The position numbers and the translations under genes are program-made. Below are positions 21,701 through 29,980 of a stretch of DNA of 64,000 nt, in pieces. The stretch's first letter is position 1; every line of letters begins with the position of its first letter. Source of the stretch: an uncultured virus (IMG/VR IMGVR_UViG_3300033273_000398) (lineage: Duplodnaviria > Heunggongvirae > Uroviricota > Caudoviricetes); IMG/VR virus record IMGVR_UViG_3300033273_000398. One strand, 5' to 3'. The notes under the pieces are model-generated. The model saw only the letters and a program-made list of their open reading frames with translations. It made no database searches and was not told the DNA's origin.

Positions 21701-21727
21701 GTTAGGTGTTTAAAAGACTCACAATAA
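15755..21727 (+). CDS. Secreted protein: inactive M43-like domain, two FISUMP domains (first greatly expanded)
   Basis: Signal peptide FS-Q; zinc motif replaced by VAIAQYFNLLP; ends KHGLNVRCLKD. Confidence 0.85.
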   Translation: MGKLKYVITGIFFVLSFNLFSQKNNGRFFIPGQDAELEYSTALQRTIEATKEYESKSSYKKTSENFKFEDSEVLHIPVVFHILSLDNSVDLDPFNVETSDAINVNVNRHVIEQTMKYVNSRLRNEYLDRAHYSPSAGFPGSIEFANQWYNETLGFEGGDVSPIWAAEIEPSSVDVGIEFHLATIDPSGNPTDGIVRHNMSDNLPYRTFGITTNNFYFSDEFGVDKSIDDFLNSNSSATVQFGVEFARRRALRDSFKSQGYSTTGIEIMRDIGWPSANYLNIFIVDEIDNLGTICSNPGICCLNTPNEPTENLSLSDTQYGVVYPASKLTLSTSRKSGIHETSKDVMVAIAQYFNLLPVYAGYDNCEDLQNAPSDPLYGDGVADTKPTTVNKGCGIYVNECFNSGCSVEDYPEGAPDFQNYMDGSSCARRFTPGQVDRWRADILENKSTMLNDFWKVDPTSNVTVDLSVNRTGYYEYEPVVHLKNTGSEIINTYEIEVHLLPNLVDDLRVSFSNANLGPIYPDEDFVVRFPEFQLVEFKEYVMNAQFSSDEDLIPSDNNSTILIKKERDLEISTQIRTRNYNPGRTQIGPNVDRDYTRNLRSQPFIWAQRYSQDTNNYTLRSFIAPPGNIGGYSEAFENALVPYKTYSTTTYSEGIDIALNASQLTRASGNLDFPTNPDDVVESYRTFYKESSKFIERDSSIQLNVDEKMYLRPGSWEINIMNKQNIVSIMGPAPLSFFNENIPRIGTLFSFFSECQDPDAPVFAQNEASGYGGVSQNIDPDDCFFKVDANSQNIFELDATDFNIKQSCFNPDLERYSFNPNAVSVEEHNAYNEWRRDCLGPGGFGNVITNWQAGLSFFNDSLNTFIYNNENPDNNPYRFSITRIINTEDYESPDVVPCDDFDIDPYGNRICMSNFNDLNPAVNLVELEFNPPDTTTIKLGVSVVEMGYIDSDSITFEISTDPSFNSGVISSTVLLNKINKLAGSDVLMVVGAAHEERSRLYDANQSKNSPNPSTYYVFENLDLNNTYYYRISLGERLIFAGEKDYVGSCPGLTTTHNGVVYELTSIGNQCWLKRELATDKFNNGDPIKNAHNVFLGTETPNTYEDIINLIQDREFFLPGDITASYAEKGITFTPGTQPYDSLSYAFGIDYYDEDFNIIDTLRNKASKIIRELQLTGRVPWGIERILDPETGLPIPGDGTLYTQLTVQDTMMQVLTAVEFEQFDEWVNTSLGDITEPMFKIPYESYRNVIIGTVSDEPYINGNFGTGESGDGYLTEEQYGWKQQYSSYPNYKLNDRGYIYNYATIVDDRGICPAGFRVPSHHDIKEFYDYTVAGDFNSNFLFVSDENPNNNYDPDNGEPINAYNSLQGFDSYNFDFKPFPALDPFELLGRIDPWRIKIDEEGKMYAGLPDFTPGASGGNASDIYVKKVRDWVRGSNLLEATDGRRRGQWQRWVIDAEKMDDRLAVISSPDVDGDSTFWGYHPNWKNKSHGLWLWDMEKPSPSFSYASRNTVALSPWYGLQIVHPATPADTTTFRAGPLKLHIQNHNGLTRFEVGNSLTPDIDEGYPDFCPIPEAAYGCDAYTEVDPPYVLPPGFWDNGRLGMLNIPKPNNSSVHPKSIVYLPLYNENDTISTTVSNYTTDAATSLWKTAAMGRGVRCVSGGNEVDYTTIVGNQISQAVEGGYEFSDNGIEYENLYKRMRAVCDFDVTANINSGERPKVWNQCEQCGEESITLDDIFCDCEGNVYDAIGICGGTCLNDFDNDGICDDGPNSGLFQNPCQGENVLTYQFYDYELVEIANQCWFAENLRAPLFNDNSNIQGILNSNDWKNAEEPSYTLAENSDGSFNQDYGFFYNWYAVETGKLCPSGWHVPGDKDWNTLERNLGVSENQIIRKSVRGEDALIGNKLKPGGISNMNLGLNGLRVGASGKFKEMGNKGLYWSSTDAKDSRSSRKENAIHRGVTSNSSGILRYSDSWSTSNTKKHGLNVRCLKDSQ

Positions 21728-21745
21728 TACATATTTAGTTATAGT

Positions 21746-21774
21746 AAAGGGTCGCTGTAAAGTGGCCCTTTTTT
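21746..21774 (+). terminator. Rho-independent terminator
   Basis: AAAGGGTCGCT-gtaa-AGTGGCCCTTT followed by Ts; paralogue of the 15682 terminator. Confidence 0.8.
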
Positions 21775-21822
21775 ATGTGATATATAAACCAGATAAATTT
21801 GATTAAATTAATTTGTTTAACA

Positions 21823-24800
21823 ATGGGGAAATTAAGATACTTTTTAACAGCTATAGCATACGTGCTATTTTCAACAGTGTATTCTCAGGGAGTATTTATT
21901 GAAGGACAAAATGCACCAGATCCATATAGTGCAGGACTTGCTAAAATAAACAAGGCAGTTGCAGATAGAACAGCAGCTAAGGAAGCTTCTAAACGTGCTA
22001 GTAATCTAAAGTCATTTGAAGAAGAAGACATTTGGACAATTCCAGTAGTTGTACATGTTTTGCATAAGGGTGGTCCTATTGACTTTGACATATATGAAAT
22101 AAGTGAAAAAGAAGCACTTCGTTTATTCAATGTTTCTAGGTATCAAATCACAGGAGCCTTAGATGAATTATCAGAAAGATTTAGAGGTACTAATACTAAA
22201 CCTAAAACAGTTTCAACAGGGGTATCTGACTTATATGGAAGTAATACATTAACTGAATTTGAACTTTCTCCAGTTTCAGCTGATATGGGAATTCAATTCC
22301 AGCTTGCTACTATAGACCCAGATGGTAATCCAACTGATGGTATTGTTAGACATGATATGTCAGGTAGTAAAGCATTTATGCTTTACGGTGCTCTTACACC
22401 GGGGTTCGCAGCTTTTGATTCTTTACAATATATTAGACAAGATGTGATTGATGAAAGCCTTGCTGCTGGATATCCAGTCTACGTAAATCAAATTGCAGAG
22501 GCATACGAATGGCCAGGACATGAGTACATAAACATATACTTAATCGCTGAATTAGATGATAATGATGGTGGATGTAATAGCTCAACAGCTAGGCTTACTA
22601 TTCCAGAAGGAGTAGCAGTAGGTGAAGGTATTAGTAATGGTTTTTTCTGGAATACTGGATTTTTTAATACTGGTAGCCGTAGAGCCTCTGGCAGTGGTGA
22701 TGTATCTAGATATGTAAAATCAATAGCAGGTGCATTTGGACTTTTACCAGTATGGACGGGATATCCAAGTTGTTCTTCTCTTTTAATAGAAAGAGACTCT
22801 TTATATGGCGATGGCGTCGCAGATACACCACCAAACGTACAAGGATGTGGATGTGGTTTTAGATGTGGAAATCCAGAAGACTATGATTATGTAAATGGTA
22901 TACCCGATTATACAAATTATATGGATGGATCTTGCGGTGCTAAATTTACTCCAGGCCAAGCTGATAGATTACGGGCTTATATGGAAGAGTATTGGCCAAC
23001 TTTTGCTATCTCTAATAATCCTAGAGTACAGCAAGTTGCCATGGCAGATATAGCGGTAGAGCTTACTGCAGAAAGGGTAGGCTATAACCTTTATTATCCA
23101 ACTGCAATAGTAAAAAACTTAGGCAATACAGATATAACTAACTGGAATTTAGAAGTTACAGTTCCGGGTTCAGGTATAAGTGTCACATATAATCAAAGTG
23201 ACTTTGGGACTCTCCCATCAGGTGAGCAATTTAATCTAAAGTTACCAGTCTTTCAGTTAACTGAATTTAAAGAATATGATATAGTAGCAAACGTATCTAG
23301 TGGGCAGAATGGCTATGGTGGAAATGATCAGTTTACCTATTCTTTTGAAAAGGTATTTGACGCACCAATATCAGTTAGTGCTTCCTATTATGATTTTGGA
23401 GTATTCTCACATTATCCACATTTAGGTTTAATTCCAGCACCTGGAAACGATCTTTATCAGGCATATACTGGTAATTCTTTAAACACCGCATTTGGTAATA
23501 TATCTGAATCAGAATATAATACACAAAACTTTTTAAAAGATCCTAGAAAGGGTACGCAGGGTAAATTTAATTGGTATAATGCATATTGGACTGAGACTGC
23601 AGAGCCACTAGATCCTGGGGCAAGTTGGGCTGTTAACGCTGAAGAATTAAGATCTGATTTTGCGTTAATAGAAGCTGGTGATTCTCTAATTTTAGAAGAC
23701 ACATATTATTTAACAGAAGGTCCTTGGCGAGTAATTTTAAAAGGAACTAATGAAGTACCTAGTTTCTATGATCTGGTTGCATCTTTACAGAATGGTACTG
23801 TAGAGTCACCTATAATATCTAGAATGTCAAATATCCGCACTAATTGTCAGAATCCAGATGCAGTTGGAATAGGTTGGTCTACTGGTTATGATGCTGAAGA
23901 CTTATGGTGTAATGTTGGTCTTCGTTTTAATGGAGATACTTTATTCTATGAGGACCAAGACGATTTATATGCAAAGATAGCTTCAATTTGTACTAATCCA
24001 GGGTATTCATCATATACCGGAGATTATCAAGACTGGTTTGAAATATGTCAAGCAGTTGGAAGTAATACATTTTTTCAGTTAGGCGGTTCTGCTATTAATC
24101 CAAACATAGTAGCACAGTCTGTAGATACATTAGAAGATGGATCTACTGTTATTAGACCATGGTTAGAATATGTAGTTAATGTGTCTCAAGACAATCCATA
24201 TCAGGCACCTTCTTGTTTAGCCGGTGGTGCTACTGGAGATGGAGTATGTCAAAATTTAGGAGCAACTAACTATAATACAGACATGACATTGGGGCATGTT
24301 TACCAAAGAAATGAAAGATCGTTACATATTACTACACAGATCAATAATCCAGGATATTATTCAGTAGATTCTATAAGATATGAATTAAGTACAAGTCCAA
24401 CATTTGATCCTGCATCTACAGAGGTTATATATGTAAGAGCAAACCATATTGGAAATAGAAATATAGGTCTTGTTGCTGCAGATCAAAAGCATAACACTAG
24501 ACTTCCAATAACAGTTGGTGTTTTTGATGATTTATCACCTAACACTTTATATTATTATAGGGCATTTGCAGGTAATACAGAAGTATCTGATCAATTTGTA
24601 ACAGTTGGATTTACATGTGAAGGTATTGGTGATTCTCTTGAGTATAATGGAATAATGTACGATGTAGTAAGTATCGGCGATCAATGTTGGTTTGCTAGAG
24701 ACTTGGCAACTGATCAGTTTGCAAATGGAGATCCTATTACAAGCGGTTCTTCTACTACACACCCTAGAGATTGGGCTGATAACTGGATTGAAACTATGGA

Positions 24801-27800
24801 TAACGATCCAACAATTCCTCTACAGGTAACTCCTAGAGCCAGATATAACGGTGAAGATGTTTCAGACAGAGGAAGTCTTTATAACTATGCTGCAGTCCAA
24901 GATGACCGCGGCATCTGTCCTATTGGATGGAGAGTCCCTTCACAACAAGATATAAATGAACTGTATGATGAAATTAGACAATTATATGGAACAAATGACC
25001 CAAAGGTATTAAAGCATGTGTTGTATGATTTTGATCACCCTGACGCTATTTCAAGGTACACAAATAATTTAGGGTTTAAATTTAGATCAGCTACTCATGA
25101 TTCATTTAAGAGTAATGATGTTATACCTAATAGGACATGGATGACAGATCAGACTTCAATATGGACAGGTAATGAAGCATGGCTACAAGATTTAACTGAT
25201 GTTGTACGCCCTGGTAAAACAATAGATGCGCATGCTATTGGAAGATTTGAGAAGGCAGTAACTTTTAATAGCCAATTCTATATTCCTGGAATGACAGAAG
25301 AATTTGCTTCTGATATAACAGATCTTGGTATATCTAATAGTGTTCAATTGCAATACAACACAAATAATGCATGGAATCCGTCAGGCCCCTCTAATACACT
25401 TACAGCAGGCGGATATAATGCTTCACCAATTGGTGTTATACCTTCAAGCTATCCAAGCGGAACTGGTCTTTGTGATCCTCCTTTCCCTCCAGTGACATAT
25501 GAAGATGCAGTAGCCCAGGGATGTGGCGATGGCCCAGCTATTGGTTTTAATACATTTATGCATACTGGAAGCTTTTATGGAGATGCTAATGTAACATATT
25601 GGAGATTAATGGGACTTCACCCAGATGCAGTTGACGAATTTGGAAATCCAGCGCCAGATACTTCATATACAAATGTATCTACAGATCCATATTATATGTA
25701 CAATGAAAAGAATTTTAGAAAAGAATCAGGAGAATACGCGTCATATAGATTACCAAAAGGATATAACTTTACTGATGCAATGTGGGTTTCTGACGCTTAT
25801 AAAGACCATAGAAAAGAACTTTGGTTATTCCATCCTGGTAAAGTAGCCAATGAAAGATTTAATATCAGTTCAACTAATGAAGGTATTGCCGTCTCCGCTC
25901 CATACTACGGAGGACCTTCTTATTGGGATTCTATTTATACTCAATTTAAAGAGCCTATTGGCGAAATATCAAGCGGTGTAGATGGATTTGGTGGAATCTT
26001 TAATGAGCAAGTACTTAGACCTCTTATTTATGCAGATGATTTTACATATGGTGAACTACAAAGAATAGGCAGATATAAAAAACGACTATTTATATACGAT
26101 TCACAAGAATGGATAGGATATACTAAAGAACAATCATGGAATCCTAAAATGAGAGGAAGTTTAAGTTATTGGACCGGAGGTGGTATTGCCGAAGGAAATG
26201 GATTGCCTAGTGAACATCCAGTAAGTGTTGCAGGAATGTCTAATCTAATAAATGGTCAGCCATGGAATAATGATCCTGATTCTCCATTTTGGCCATTGCC
26301 ACCTGGCGTAACAACTGATTGGGACGGATGGCCAAAGGGTTATTCTAATAAAATTATGTCTAAAACAAGAGATATTTCTGGTAATGAATTTGGCCAAGTT
26401 TTAGGTTTTAGAGATAACATAAATATGTTTAATGTCCCAGAAGGACAAAATTACCTACCTACATCACCTAATGTAAATGCTCCAGATCCTGATTCTACGG
26501 GTTGGGCAACGTCATGGAATTCTACTAACGGATGGTATGCTCTTAATAAGCTAGACGCTGGAATAAAGGGGAATTACTTAAATAATGAAGAACAATCTAT
26601 TGCAGAATCTGCGTTTATGGGATTACGTACACGTTGTGTTACTGGAGGTACTTCTGTTCCTGATGTAAATATAGGTACTTTACATAGCCAAAAATGTGCT
26701 ATTAAAGATACTTTAAGATGGGGATATCAAGGCGGATTTACAGGAGACCCGGTTACTGGTGAACCTGCAGATGCATATATTAGTTATTATGATAATGGTA
26801 TACCTCGTCCCATGCCGTTTAATACATTTGGGTCTTCAAACGTATTTGATTTTGATGAAAATGGAAACCCTAAATCTACAAGAGATATTATCTATGAAGA
26901 TTACGGCTACGTCGGTACTTCGGGCAGCGTCGTCAATCCACAGAGTCAACCCCTCCAAGAACAAAGAACACAGTGTCTTTCTTGGACCACGCCATGCAAT
27001 TTTAACTTGGCCCTACAAGAAGAGCCAACCGATGAAAATGGCCTAGAACTTGATATAATTGCAGACGATGATGTCTTTATTGCAGATGCATGCGGGGATT
27101 GTAATGCAGTTTCTGAATTCTTAAGTAATATAGAATCTGGACAATGCGATTGTGACGGTAATGTTATTGATGCGTTAGGTGTATGTGGCGGTGATTGTGT
27201 ATCTGATAATAATAACAATGGTATTTGTGACTTCTTAGAAGCATCATATCAACAAGGATGTGGTGATATTAATGCGGTTACTTATAGTGGACATACATAC
27301 GGTGTTATAAGTGTAGGTCCTCAGTGTTGGTTTACTGAAAACCTTAGAACCCCGATCTTTAATGACCAAACATTTATACCAGAAGTACAAGTTGCTTCTT
27401 CTTGGACTGGCCTAGAAACTCCAGCTAGGGCTGCATATGATAACCTATCCGCTAACTTCGAAAATAACGGATGGCTATATAACTGGTATGCAGTTGAAAC
27501 TGGAAAATTATGTCCATCTGGATGGCATGTTCCAACTGATGATGATTGGGCAGATCTAGAGAGACTCTTAGGCATGTCTGAAAATGAAGTAATAAGAAAG
27601 GCATTTAGGGGAACAGACCAGCTTATAGGTTCTCGTGTGAAACCAGGCGGAACTACATCTCTTAACTTAGATGCAGGTGGTCTAAGAGTAGGTAGATCTG
27701 GACTATTTAAAGAAGGAGGAGAAGGAGGATACTTCTGGACTTCTACTCCATCAAATGACAGAAGATCTTCTAGAAGAGAAACGGCTATACATAGAGCCGT

Positions 27801-27903
27801 TGACGATAACTCTACTGGTATCGCAAGATATTCTGATAGTTGGTCAACTGCTAAGACTATGAAGCATGGATTAAGCGTTAGATGTCTTTTAGACTCCGAA
27901 TAA
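21823..27903 (+). CDS. Secreted protein: inactive M43-like domain, two FISUMP domains (first greatly expanded)
   Basis: Start set at ATG 21823 (MGKLRY, matching MGKLKY of the previous paralogue); zinc motif replaced by KSIAGAFGLLP. Confidence 0.85.
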   Translation: MGKLRYFLTAIAYVLFSTVYSQGVFIEGQNAPDPYSAGLAKINKAVADRTAAKEASKRASNLKSFEEEDIWTIPVVVHVLHKGGPIDFDIYEISEKEALRLFNVSRYQITGALDELSERFRGTNTKPKTVSTGVSDLYGSNTLTEFELSPVSADMGIQFQLATIDPDGNPTDGIVRHDMSGSKAFMLYGALTPGFAAFDSLQYIRQDVIDESLAAGYPVYVNQIAEAYEWPGHEYINIYLIAELDDNDGGCNSSTARLTIPEGVAVGEGISNGFFWNTGFFNTGSRRASGSGDVSRYVKSIAGAFGLLPVWTGYPSCSSLLIERDSLYGDGVADTPPNVQGCGCGFRCGNPEDYDYVNGIPDYTNYMDGSCGAKFTPGQADRLRAYMEEYWPTFAISNNPRVQQVAMADIAVELTAERVGYNLYYPTAIVKNLGNTDITNWNLEVTVPGSGISVTYNQSDFGTLPSGEQFNLKLPVFQLTEFKEYDIVANVSSGQNGYGGNDQFTYSFEKVFDAPISVSASYYDFGVFSHYPHLGLIPAPGNDLYQAYTGNSLNTAFGNISESEYNTQNFLKDPRKGTQGKFNWYNAYWTETAEPLDPGASWAVNAEELRSDFALIEAGDSLILEDTYYLTEGPWRVILKGTNEVPSFYDLVASLQNGTVESPIISRMSNIRTNCQNPDAVGIGWSTGYDAEDLWCNVGLRFNGDTLFYEDQDDLYAKIASICTNPGYSSYTGDYQDWFEICQAVGSNTFFQLGGSAINPNIVAQSVDTLEDGSTVIRPWLEYVVNVSQDNPYQAPSCLAGGATGDGVCQNLGATNYNTDMTLGHVYQRNERSLHITTQINNPGYYSVDSIRYELSTSPTFDPASTEVIYVRANHIGNRNIGLVAADQKHNTRLPITVGVFDDLSPNTLYYYRAFAGNTEVSDQFVTVGFTCEGIGDSLEYNGIMYDVVSIGDQCWFARDLATDQFANGDPITSGSSTTHPRDWADNWIETMDNDPTIPLQVTPRARYNGEDVSDRGSLYNYAAVQDDRGICPIGWRVPSQQDINELYDEIRQLYGTNDPKVLKHVLYDFDHPDAISRYTNNLGFKFRSATHDSFKSNDVIPNRTWMTDQTSIWTGNEAWLQDLTDVVRPGKTIDAHAIGRFEKAVTFNSQFYIPGMTEEFASDITDLGISNSVQLQYNTNNAWNPSGPSNTLTAGGYNASPIGVIPSSYPSGTGLCDPPFPPVTYEDAVAQGCGDGPAIGFNTFMHTGSFYGDANVTYWRLMGLHPDAVDEFGNPAPDTSYTNVSTDPYYMYNEKNFRKESGEYASYRLPKGYNFTDAMWVSDAYKDHRKELWLFHPGKVANERFNISSTNEGIAVSAPYYGGPSYWDSIYTQFKEPIGEISSGVDGFGGIFNEQVLRPLIYADDFTYGELQRIGRYKKRLFIYDSQEWIGYTKEQSWNPKMRGSLSYWTGGGIAEGNGLPSEHPVSVAGMSNLINGQPWNNDPDSPFWPLPPGVTTDWDGWPKGYSNKIMSKTRDISGNEFGQVLGFRDNINMFNVPEGQNYLPTSPNVNAPDPDSTGWATSWNSTNGWYALNKLDAGIKGNYLNNEEQSIAESAFMGLRTRCVTGGTSVPDVNIGTLHSQKCAIKDTLRWGYQGGFTGDPVTGEPADAYISYYDNGIPRPMPFNTFGSSNVFDFDENGNPKSTRDIIYEDYGYVGTSGSVVNPQSQPLQEQRTQCLSWTTPCNFNLALQEEPTDENGLELDIIADDDVFIADACGDCNAVSEFLSNIESGQCDCDGNVIDALGVCGGDCVSDNNNNGICDFLEASYQQGCGDINAVTYSGHTYGVISVGPQCWFTENLRTPIFNDQTFIPEVQVASSWTGLETPARAAYDNLSANFENNGWLYNWYAVETGKLCPSGWHVPTDDDWADLERLLGMSENEVIRKAFRGTDQLIGSRVKPGGTTSLNLDAGGLRVGRSGLFKEGGEGGYFWTSTPSNDRRSSRRETAIHRAVDDNSTGIARYSDSWSTAKTMKHGLSVRCLLDSE

Positions 27904-27914
27904 TAAAGAATAGA

Positions 27915-29978
27915 ATGAGATTTTTACTTTCAATTATAACGATCCTTTTATGCGGTAGTTTAATGTCCCAGACTGTACCATGTGGCGCCTTAGATGATAG
28001 AACACCTGCTCAAATCGAAGTAGATGAAGCTTTATATAGAAAGAATCTAGCGCTTAAAAGATCCAGCCGAGCTTACAACGATGCTAAAATAATACCAGTA
28101 GTAATTAATGTTTTACATTCTGGAAACTTTGCGTATCAAGGAATGGGCGATAGGCCTTCCGAAGTACAAATTAATACTATGATGTCTGAATTAAATAATT
28201 ACTACGAGTCTGGTTTAAATTCTGCGTCACAAAGCGATGCACAAAATGATGCAGGATTTACATTTGTTTTAGCAGACAAGGACATAAATGGTAATCCCAT
28301 GGTTGGCTTTAGAGAATATAACCTACAAGATTATCCAGAATTTTCTAATTGCATATCTAAAACATATAATTATGTTACAGCAAATTGCGATGATGAAATG
28401 TCAAGTTTCTTTGGATACGAAAGAGACTACTATTTAAACATATTCTTTTTAGGAGTACAGGCAGAATCAAATGGCGGCGTTTATGGTGGCTGGGCTAAAT
28501 ATCCTCCAAGTAGCTACGGTTTATTTATAAACCCGTACTCAAGTGGATGGGGCCAAACAGCAACTCATGAGGTTGGTCATTATTTAGGACTTAGACATAC
28601 TTTTGAACAATACGACGAAGCTATTTGTGCTACTATTAATGAAACAGACTGTGAAACACAGGGAGACTTTGTATGTGACACTGGACCTACTATTAGATCT
28701 TTTTTATGTGTGAATTTATGTAATAATCCACTAGAAGATCCAGAAAACTTTATGTCATATGCTGGCTGTTCTCATCAAAAATTTACAGATGGGCAGATAG
28801 AAAGAATGCACATACAAGCAGAAACATTTAGACAAGATGAAATAGGACATGGTCAATTCCTTTATGGAACAACTTCTGGATGTACAGATCCTACAAAGTG
28901 TAACTATGACCCTAATGCTTTAACAGATGACGGGTCATGTCTTGACAATGATGCGCTGGGGGTCTGTGGAGGTACTTGCGCAGCAGACGTTGACTCTGAT
29001 GGTATTTGTGATGACGTTGATACATGTCTTACTGGTGATGACGTTGATAATGATGGCATATGCGACAGTATAGATCCCTGTATTGGTATTCCTGATTTAG
29101 ATAATGATGGAATATGCGATCCTGATGACCCATGCGTGGGTACTTTAGATGCATGTAATGTATGTAATGGACCGGGTGCTATTTATGAGTGTGGGTGTGC
29201 AGATATCCCAGAAGGAGATTGTGATTGTAATGGAAATCAATTAGATGCGCTTGGAGTATGTGGAGGACCATGTCTAGCAGATCTAGACGGTGATGGTATA
29301 TGTGATACCCAACAAGCTAATGCATGCGCAGGAGTATCAACGGTTTCTTATAATGGATTAGATTATAGTTTAATTGAGCTCGGTAATCAATGTTGGTTCA
29401 ATTCTAATTTAGCAACAGCTAGATTTAACGACGGGTCTCTTATACAAAAAGTAAACACACCTGAAGAGTGGATGATTCAATCTGGTAATGCAGTTCCCCT
29501 AATAGGATATGTCGATCATGATAACGTAGCTAATACAGCGACTTATGGTTCCTTTTATAATTGGTACGCAGTAAACGATTCGCGTGGCCTTTGTCCTACT
29601 GGTTATCACGTTCCTACCGATAAAGAATGGATGGAACTTGAAAGATATCTTGGCCTAGAAGAAAATCTTGTTACTAGAGAGGGTTATGGTTCATCTCCTA
29701 GTAACGTTGGCGCTAAGTTAGGAGACGGTGGAAATTCTGGATTTGATTCTAAATATGCAGGTCTATTAGTGGAATCAGACGGTTCTCAGAGAGATTTACA
29801 AAAAGCAGCATACTTCTGGACGTCTACCGAATATAACAATGTATTTGAAAGCGAAAGAAATAATGCATGGTTTAGAGCTATTTACAAAAACCTTTCTGGA
29901 GTTGGTAGATACAACGAAGCGTGGCAGACTGCGAACAATAAAGGTAATGGAATGTCAGTAAGATGTTTGAAAGACTAA
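27915..29978 (+). CDS. Secreted M43 (pappalysin/ulilysin-like) zinc metalloprotease with FISUMP domain
   Basis: Signal peptide MS-Q, PCG cysteine-switch-like prosegment, intact HEVGHYLGLRH, NFMSY Met-turn, DxDxDGxCD repeats, C-terminal FISUMP. Confidence 0.9.
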   Translation: MRFLLSIITILLCGSLMSQTVPCGALDDRTPAQIEVDEALYRKNLALKRSSRAYNDAKIIPVVINVLHSGNFAYQGMGDRPSEVQINTMMSELNNYYESGLNSASQSDAQNDAGFTFVLADKDINGNPMVGFREYNLQDYPEFSNCISKTYNYVTANCDDEMSSFFGYERDYYLNIFFLGVQAESNGGVYGGWAKYPPSSYGLFINPYSSGWGQTATHEVGHYLGLRHTFEQYDEAICATINETDCETQGDFVCDTGPTIRSFLCVNLCNNPLEDPENFMSYAGCSHQKFTDGQIERMHIQAETFRQDEIGHGQFLYGTTSGCTDPTKCNYDPNALTDDGSCLDNDALGVCGGTCAADVDSDGICDDVDTCLTGDDVDNDGICDSIDPCIGIPDLDNDGICDPDDPCVGTLDACNVCNGPGAIYECGCADIPEGDCDCNGNQLDALGVCGGPCLADLDGDGICDTQQANACAGVSTVSYNGLDYSLIELGNQCWFNSNLATARFNDGSLIQKVNTPEEWMIQSGNAVPLIGYVDHDNVANTATYGSFYNWYAVNDSRGLCPTGYHVPTDKEWMELERYLGLEENLVTREGYGSSPSNVGAKLGDGGNSGFDSKYAGLLVESDGSQRDLQKAAYFWTSTEYNNVFESERNNAWFRAIYKNLSGVGRYNEAWQTANNKGNGMSVRCLKD

Positions 29979-29980
29979 TA

